DNA of 64,000 nucleotides from Squalus acanthias (lineage: Eukaryota). The stretch covers positions 13,640,001 through 13,704,000 of the forward strand of contig CM059441.1 of assembly GCA_030390025.1 (NCBI GenBank), read 5' to 3'. Every line of letters starts with the position of its first letter. Position 1 is the stretch's first letter. The notes under the pieces were generated by a model. It was not told where the DNA came from and did no database searches. It saw nothing but the letters and a program-made list of their open reading frames with translations. This document shows, piece after piece, positions 55,496 through 64,000 of the stretch. The position numbers and the translations under genes were made by a program.

Positions 55496-56102
55496 CTTTA
55501 AACATAAGGAGACAAAATTGTGCAAAAATAAAATTAAGTGTGAAGCTTGAATATGAGGTGGATTATGTACAGTACATCAAACAGTTCACAATCGCAGAGA
55601 GTTTACACAGAATCAGTGGACAAAGATATTCTGAGCTAAGAATACATTTGGTAGTATTAGTGGACGGGCGTTTAATACTCCTCTGTCCACATTTATGAGG
55701 TAAGTTCTGTTTGTTTATGGAAATTTATGTTTATGTAACATTGTATAATGTGGTAAACTCACTAACAGTGCACTAAACCTTCCACTTCTGTGCTCCTGTC
55801 GGATGCTGGGAGGACACATCAGGAAATTGTGTCCATTATTTTGCATCCATTAATTTTAAGAAGAATTACATTTACGGTGAAGTATTGCAATGTGCAAAGC
55901 GGTGGTGTTGCTGGTGACGGGGGACAGTATCCTGAGGGCACATTGATTTGTTTTTCTTGCAGTTTAAAAAAATGAAATGTGCCAATACCAACTGGGAAAA
56001 ATCAATCCCAACATTCAGGCGCTAACATAGTTTCAACAGATTGCAAAAAGCTCCACCCACATCCTTTGATTCCATTCTCAAGTTTAAGGAATGGTTACTC
56101 AC

Positions 56103-56288
56103 GTGGTCTGCAGGTTGGTGGTGATGGTACAAATGTGTTGTTCTCACTACATTCAATGACATTGTTGCCAACCATTTCATAACCTTCATTACAGCTGTAG
56201 GTGATCGTCTCCTGATGTTTGTATGTCGGTCCAAATCCTGTGACTATGCGACCATTTGTGGGCAGTTCAGGAGATTGACATCCAACAA
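56103..56288 (-). CDS. CCP exon type A (A18)
   Basis: 186 nt, open. Confidence 0.9.
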
Positions 56289-58429
56289 CTGACAAAAGAG
56301 CAATGTTTCAGTCTCCATTAAACAATTAACTGTACTTATGATACTGATTGAAAGTCCATTTGGCCCACGACTCATGTCCCCAACTTCATTCAAATATCGT
56401 TATGCTTCTTAAGGCATCATTAAATACCAATTAGTAAATCTCCGATAGAACTATACACGGTCGTGGCGGGGGGATATAAACTAAAAACAAGTCCTGAATT
56501 CCATTCCATTACATAAGCAATAAATCAAGGGGCAAAAAAGACCAACTTCTACAGCAATTACAAAATCCTCCAGAATAATATTTGTTGCACTACGATAATC
56601 AGATAATTCAAAATTAACACATTTCACCTTGATGAATGGGAATTCTTATCATTTTCAGAGAATAAACTCAGCAGTTAAATCAACAAGATCATGCAGTGTA
56701 ATAATTCTACAATAATTGTCGGGAAGACAAAATGCTTCGTTTGTATTAACAATCTATTCTATATCATTGCTCTGGCAACATGGATTAGAAACCATATGCA
56801 GATTACACACCATCAAAGTAAAAACATTACTGCCAATGGGGTCAAAGCAAAACCCTCCAATAGCTGGAGTCAAATCTGCTGCACAGAAAGATGGTCATGG
56901 TTGTTGGAGGCCAATCATCACAGCACCAGGATATCACTGCAGGAGTTGCTCAGGGAAACAACCTCAACCCAACCATCTTCAGCTACTTTATTAATGACCT
57001 TCTCTCTGTCATAAGGTCAGGAATGAGACTGTTTGCTGACGATTCCAGTGTTCGGCTCTATTCATAACTTCTCTGATAAAGAAGCAGCCCATCCCAGCCT
57101 ACAACACTCCGACTTGAGCTGACAAGTGGCAGGTAACATTCATGCCACATTAGTGCCAGGTAACGACTATCTGAAAAAAGAGAAAGCCCAGCCACCTCCC
57201 CTTGACCTTCAGTGGCATTACTTTTGCTGAATCCACCGCCATCAACATCTTGAGGGTCACCATTGACAAGCTGAACTAGACCTGCTATACCAACACTGTG
57301 GCTACAAGAGCAGGGCAGAGATTGGGTACTCTGCGGCACGTGGACTACTTCCTGTCACCTGAAAGCCTTTCCACCATCTACAAGGCTCAAATCAGCACTT
57401 TGATGGAATACTCACCACTCGCCTGGATGGGTACAACCACAACAACATTCAAGAAGCTCAACAATATCCAGGGCTTGATCGGCACCCTTACCACTGAACT
57501 CAATATCCACCCCCTCCATCACCGGTTCATTGTGGCTGGGGTATGCACAATCTACACGATACACTGCAACTACTCACCAAGGCTGTCTCAACAGCACTGC
57601 CCTCCCATGTGACCTCTATACCAAGAAGGACAAGAGCAACAATGTTGTGGGAATACAATCATCTCCAAGACACACTCCATTCTAACTTGGTAATCACTGC
57701 CTAGATTGGAAACTAAAAATATTATAATCTAAGAGTATATTGTACCCTTGTACCTAGGAAGGGAACTATTTGTTGTGTGGTGATGTAGAACACCTCTAAG
57801 CTAACTGGTGCCAGGTAAAACTGGAACACATGGTACCTCGGGAAGCGGGTCAGCCTGCAAATGTGTAGTTCAGGCACAGTAACAGGAATGTACTTGTAAT
57901 TGTGGTTACTTTTCAATAATCAGCAGATCGTCAGTGGGAGAATCATTGGGGGCCATTCCTAATCTAGCCTGGCGGGAAACTTAGAAGATCGTATCAGCCA
58001 CCCATTTTAAACCCCACCTGATTTTACATTCAGGGTTGTCAAAATACAAACTTGTACCATTTTGTGCACAAAAAATGAAAATGTAGAATTTTAACATTTT
58101 TTTCATGGAGAAAACCTCCCCATCAAGTTGGCTTCAGCATCTCCGAGTGAATGAAGAAAAAAGTGGTTCCCACTCCTGATCACTAACCATTAGTTCCAGC
58201 TTAAGGCTTGTTTACTCTAATTGAAGAAACAATCAGGAGTCAGTACGATGGATCCTATGGTTAAGTTTCATGCCAACATTCACTGTTCAAACTCTAAGAA
58301 CGGCCTCTTGGGTGAGATACTGAAGGTTGCTTGCGCTGAGAGAACTGCACTCCAGCACAAGTCACTTCCTTTAGGAGAGGATGGACAAAGTGAATTAGTA
58401 GAGAAAATAAAGTTACCCTCATCACTTAC

Positions 58430-58621
58430 GTTCACAAATGGCCTGTAATGGTGTCCAAGTTGAATCAACCTGACAGGTAATAGAGGTTGAATTTTCGTCT
58501 TTCAGTGTGTAGCCCGTATAACAACTGTAATTAACTTCAGTACCCACAACAAATGAGGTCCGAGAAATTAATTCCTCAGTTGGTGAGCCATTTTCCAATT
58601 GTGGAAACTTGCCACAGGAAC
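58430..58621 (-). CDS. CCP exon type B (B8)
   Basis: 192 nt, open. Confidence 0.88.
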
Positions 58622-59231
58622 CTTTAAACATAAGGAGATCAACATTGTGACTGGCGAAACCTAGCACAGTGTGCAAAAATAAAATGAAGTGTGAAGCTTG
58701 AATATGAGGTGGATTATGTACAGTACATCAAACAGTTCACAATCGCAGAGGGTTTACACAGAATCAGTGGACAAAGCTATTCTGAGCTAAGAATATATTT
58801 GGTAGTATTAGTGGATGGACGTTTAATACTCCTCTGTCCACATTTATGAGGTAAGTTCTGTTTATTTATGTAAATTTATGTTTATGTAACATTGTATAAT
58901 GTGGCAAACTCACTAACACTGCACTAAATCTTCCACTTCTGTGCTCCTGGCGGATGTTGGGAGGACACATCAGGAAATTGTGCCCATTATTTTGCATCCA
59001 TTAATTTTAAGAAGAATTACATTTACGGTGAAGTATTGCAATGTGGAAAGTGGTGGTGTTGCTGGTGATGGGGGACAGTATCCTGAGGGCACATTGATTT
59101 GTTTTTCTTGCAGTTTAAAAAATGAAATGTGCTAATACCCACTGGGAAAAATCAATCCCAACATTCAGGCGTTAACATAGTCCACCCACATCTTTTGATT
59201 CCATTTTCAAGTTAAAGGAATGGTTACTCAC

Positions 59232-59417
59232 GTGGTCTGCAGATTGGTGGCGATGGTACAAATGTGTCGTTCTCACTACATTCAATGACACTGTTGCCAA
59301 CCATTTCATAACCTTCATTACAGCTGTAGGTGATCGTCTCCTGATGTTTGTATGCCGGTCCAAATCCTGTGACTATGTGACCATTTGTGAGCAGTCCAGG
59401 AGATTGACATCCAACAA
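59232..59417 (-). CDS. CCP exon type A (A19)
   Basis: 186 nt, open, among the most divergent A copies. Confidence 0.88.
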
Positions 59418-61076
59418 CTGACAAGAGAGCAATGCTTTAGTCTCCACTAAGAAACTAACTGTACTTATGATACTGAATGAAAGTCTATCGGGCCCACTGC
59501 GCCTGTTCCCATCTTCATCGAAATATCATTATGCTTGTTAAGGCATCATTAAAAAACAATTAGTAAATGTCTGACTTCACTGCATTATCAACTAAATTGT
59601 TCCAAATGTTTATCATATTTTGAATTAAAGGCCCCAAGCTCTCAATTTCCCTCCCTAAACCTCCCCCACTCTATTCTCCGTAAAGACGCTCATTAAATCT
59701 ACCTGTTTAAACAGGCTTTTGCTCACTTGTCCTAATATCTCCTCATGTGGCTCGATGACTTGCAAGTAGAACTTGAGGGGGGAGTGGAGGAAATTCTTTT
59801 TAAAATTATTAATTTTCTTTAAAATTTAGTGTAGGTGATTGAGCGAGTATGAGATGACACCAAGGTGGGGGGGTGGGGGGTGGGGAGCATAGTGGATGAT
59901 ATTAAGGTTGTGCAGTAAGGGGCAGAGAAGGAGGCAGGGGTATTGGGACCAGTGGAGAATAGGTGAGAAGCGAAGTGGGGTGTGGGGGGGAGAAAGGGTG
60001 ATGACCAAGAGAGAATACAGTCAGTTTCCCACTGCTGAGAAACTGGCAAAAATAATTAAGTAGCCAACAAGGCCCATCCCTCATTTATGAAACCAGTGGC
60101 CCAATTCTCTTCATCGCCTCTCGTGATCTTCCATTGCCCCACTTGGTCTTTCATTGCTCCCCTTCTCTTCGTCACTTTGTGCCTTGCACCAACCAGCAGG
60201 CCGCACAACAACATCGCCCTATTCTGAGTCACCTTTTCCCCAGCCTGCTTCTCCTGCCTGTTTTCTTGCTACTCCTGTTCTACCTCATTCCTCCATTCAT
60301 ACTGCTCCCACTTTTCGTTCAGCTGGCACTTCCCACCCTCTCCTTACCGCCACTCTCCACTCACTGCCACTTACACTTTACACCTCCACCTCCTAGATCT
60401 CCAATGGCTCAACTTTACAAAACTAACACTTCCTGTCTGCTAAAATTCCACGAAAACTACCACCTCCTAAACTTCCCAGCACTCACCAAAACTCTGCTCC
60501 CTGCTCTAACACTAGCATTAGCAATAAACAGTTGATTAATGGCGTGTGGAAGGAGCAGGATTGATTTGATGAATAGCCATTTTTCATTTCACACAATATG
60601 TTCCTTTAACATGCAATGTTAACTGTTTCCTCGCATGCCAATGTTAGGTTCCCAACTATTTTCTTAATGGTGTGAGGCTAGGAGCTGTAGAGGAGCGAAG
60701 GGATTAATGATCCCCCTACATCTTTTGATTCGATTCTCAAGTTTCTTTGACAGCACCTCTCAAACCCACAACCTCTGCCAACTAGAAGGACAAGAGCCCC
60801 AGGCGCCTGCACCTCCAAGTTCCCCTCCAAGTCACACACCATCTTGACTTGGAAATATGTCACCGTTCCTTCATCATCACTGGATCAAAACCCTGGAACA
60901 CCCTCCCTAACAGCACTGTGGGAATACCTTCACCACATGGACTGCAGCGGTTCAAGAAGGTGAATCACCACTACCTTCTCAAGGGAAATTGGGGATGGGC
61001 AATAAATGCTGGTCATGCCAGTGATGGCCACATCCCCTAAACAAATACGATAAGAGTTTGAGAAATGTTTACTCAC

Positions 61077-61262
61077 ATGGTCTGCAGGTTGGTGGTGATG
61101 GTACAAATGTGTTGTTCTCACTACATTCAATGACACTGCTGCCAACCATTTCGTAACCTTCATTGCAGCTGTAGGTGATCGTCTCCTGATGTTTGTATGT
61201 CGGTCCAAATCCTGTGACTATGCGACCATTTGCGAGCAGTTCAGGAGATTGACATCCAACAA
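61077..61262 (-). CDS. CCP exon type A (A20)
   Basis: 186 nt, open, ends CCA T|gtgagt. Confidence 0.88.
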
Positions 61263-63098
61263 CTGACAAAAGAGAAAAATTTTAGCCTCCATAAAACAAT
61301 TAACTGTACTTATGATACTGATTGAAAGTCCATTTGGCCCACTACTCATGTCCCCAACTTCATTCAAATATCATTATGTTTGTTAAGGCATAATTAGAAA
61401 CCAATTAGAAAATCTCCGATAGAACTATACACGGTCGAGGCGGGGTGGGTGGCGGGGGGATATAAACTAAAAACAAGTCCAGAATTCCATTACATTCGAA
61501 ATAAATCAAGGGGCAAAAAAGACCAACTTCTGCAGCAATTACAAAATCCTCCAGAAAAATATTTGTTGCACTACGATAATCAGATAATTCAGAATTAACA
61601 CATTTCACCTTGATGAATGGGAATTTTTTTTTAAGTATCATCAGTTTTCAGAGAATTAACCCAGAAATTAAATCAACAAGATCATGCAGCGTAATAATTC
61701 TACAATAATTGTCGGGGAAACAAAATGCTTCATTTGTATTAGCAATCTATTCTATATCATTGCTCTGGCAACATGGATTAGAAACCATATGCAGATTACA
61801 CACCAACAAAGTAAAAACATTACTGCCAATGGGGGTCAAAGGAAAACCCTCCAATAGCTGGAGTCAAATCTGCTGTAAAGAAAGATGGTCATGGTTGTTG
61901 GAGGCCAATCATCACAGCACCAGGATATCACTGCAGGAGTTGCTCAGGGAAACAACCTCAACCCAACCATCTTCAGCTACTTTATTAATGACCTTCTCTC
62001 TGTTATAAGGTCAGGAATGAGGCTGTTTGCTGATGATTCCACAGTGTTCGGCTCTATTCATAACTTCTCTGATAAAGAAGCAGCCCATCCCAGCCTACAA
62101 CACTCCGACTTGAGCTGACAAGTGGCAGGTAACATTCATGCCACATTAGTGCCAGGTAACGACTATCTCAAAAAAGAGAAAACCCAGCCACCTCCCCTTG
62201 ACCTTCAGTGGCATTACATTTGCTGAGTCCACCACCATCAACATCTTGAGGGTCACCATTGACCAGAAGTTGAACTAGACCGGCTATATCAACACTGTGG
62301 CTACAAGAGCAGGGCAGAGATTGGGTACTCTGCGGCACGTGGACTACTTCCTGCCACCTGAAAGCCTTTCCACCATCTACAAGACTCAAGTCAGCACTTT
62401 GATGGAATACTCACCACTCGCCTGGATGGGTACAACCACAACAACATTCAAGAAGCTCAACAATATCCAGGACTTGATTGGTACCCTTGCCACTGAACTC
62501 AATAACCACCCCCTCCATCACCGAAACTTACATATAAATCAGGGGTGTTAGTAGAGTTTCTCAAGTATAGGACTGTACCACGCATCAATATTTAACATTA
62601 ACTATTAATTACCTATGTTTTCAGCATCCCAACTACTGTATGAGACATACTCACCTGCAATATGACTTTATTCACACAGGCAGCTTGTGTTGCAGTTTTA
62701 CACATTAGCAACTGGGTTAAAGGGAGGATTCGAACCCTCCAAGTGGGGCCTGGAGACTCCAGGAATTAAAGATTAATCTCCTGGACACTGCAGTGAGCAA
62801 CCCAGGAGGAAAATTACAGGGGCATTAAAATAAAGTGTGGGCTTTTTCATTTTCTTTAAACACGTTCATTTATTAGTTCTAAAAATACTGACGATGGGGA
62901 AAATAGGCTGTTGTGCGGGGCAGTAGGAGGCAGGAGGTCAAATGATGAATCCTCCAGGAATACGTCCACCCAGAGGTCCAAAACTTAGTTAGAGGTGTTC
63001 TGGATTAGCCTAACAAATAGCACCCTTTAGAGGCATAATGCTAAAAACACACCTAGAAGTAATTGTGATCTTGTTGTTCGGGATCTTTGCATGTCAGC

Positions 63099-63653
63099 GC
63101 AATCCTGGTTCGCCTCTCCCATTCCACCTTATGCAAACATGAGGTCATCCAAAATTCGGCTGCCCGTGTCCTAACTCGCACCAAGTCCCGTTCGTCCATC
63201 TCCCCTGTGCTCGCTGACCTACATTGGCTCCCGGTTAAGCAGCGCCTCGATTTCAAAATTCTCATCCTTGTTTTCAAATCCCTCCATGGCCTCGCCCCTC
63301 CCTATCTCTGTAATCTCCTTCAGCCCCATAACCCCCCGAGATATCTGCGCTCCTCTAATTCTGCCCTCTTGAGCATCCCTGATTAGAATCACTCAACCAT
63401 TGGTGGCCGCGCCTTCAGTTGCCTAGGCCCTAAGCTCTGGAATTCCCTGCCTAAACCTCTCCGCCTCGCTACCTCTCTTTCCTCCTTTAACACGCTCCTC
63501 AAAACCGACCTCTTTGACCAAACTTTTGGTCACCTGCCCTAATTTATCCTTATGTGGATCGGTGTCAAATTTTTTGTCTTAAAATACTCCTGTGCAGCGC
63601 CTTGGGACGTTTTACTACGTTAAAGGCGCTATATAAATACAAGTTGTTGTTGT
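63099..63653 (+). mobile_element. L2-clade LINE 3' end
   Basis: IQNSAARVLTRTK...PVLADLHWLPVKQRLDFKILILVFKSLHGLAPPYL; tail gcgctatataaatacaag(ttg)n. Confidence 0.85.
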
Positions 63654-64000
63654 CATAGAATCTGTTGTTGGTTCTTGTCCCACTCTTCAGTTGCTGTACA
63701 ATCAAGATTTTTCTGCACCAATCAATCAATAGTCACCATTATAAGAACATTTTGCTGCCATTCCACATTCCTAGTGCTCTCCATAGGGAGGTGTTGGACG
63801 TATCCCGATACTAATATGTGGAAGATTATCACGAGATGGCCAGGGAAAAATTAAATTCAGTTTGAGATCTGAACAGAGAGTAGATCAAAAGCTTCAGGGA
63901 TTAATCTTAGTCAGGTCACCGGCACAGCACACTGATGAACCAATACATGCAATTCAGAGCAGGGCATGGGCATTCTTCTCTCTGACGTTTCCTTTCTGCC

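Larger units (their letters stand above)
415..61262 (-). other. Internal part of a very large RCA-family (CR1/CD46/C4BP-like) gene, at least 31 CCP/sushi modules; both gene ends lie outside the window
   Basis: 34 exons with AG/GT splice sites. The phase 1-1 modules join in frame with no stops. Each has the four-Cys CCP pattern (C..P..NG...Y.C..GY...C...W/F..P.C). One module type is split at phase 2 within the Gly of CNEG|Y, a hallmark of RCA genes. Confidence 0.9.

Noticed and set aside
57837-57854. Possible 18-nt microexon tttgcag|GCTGACCCGCTTCCCGAG|gtacca between B and A
   Set aside because: Weak donor and no supporting evidence.
415-61262. Assigning a gene symbol such as CR1, CD46, C4BPA or CFH
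   Set aside because: Orthology cannot be determined without the gene termini, synteny and phylogeny.
1-64000. Prokaryotic features (CRISPR array, operons, tRNA or rRNA)
   Set aside because: The repeats are kb-scale exon/intron duplications; no short repeat-spacer array or structural RNA gene was seen.

Overview
Eukaryotic (vertebrate) genomic DNA; the LINE and Penelope repeat content looks like a cartilaginous fish, which is an inference. The whole window lies inside one minus-strand gene of the regulators-of-complement-activation (RCA; CR1/CD46/CD55/C4BP-like) family. No signal-peptide, transmembrane or stop exon is visible. I find 34 intact, in-frame exons encoding 31 CCP/sushi modules of only three types: type A (186 nt, 20 copies, CD46 CCP4-like, Trp replaced by Phe), type B (192 nt, 8 copies, CCP1-like) and a split type C (97+74 nt, 3 copies, CCP2-like). 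Transcript order is A A B A B A B A B A B A A B C A A A A A B C A A A A B C A A A, about 5769 nt or 1923 aa. No CCP3-like exon was found. The array is built from nested tandem duplications (about 11.6 kb, 3422 bp and 3505 bp) with visible microhomology junctions, exon-deletion scars and a templated micro-inversion. Two young insertions have empty paralogous sites. One is a Penelope-like retroelement with a GIY-YIG domain, a 205-bp inverted pLTR, a 14-bp TSD and two minimal hammerhead ribozyme motifs. The other is a hairpin-rich 736-bp MITE with an ATT TSD. Introns also carry old CR1/L2-type LINE fragments.
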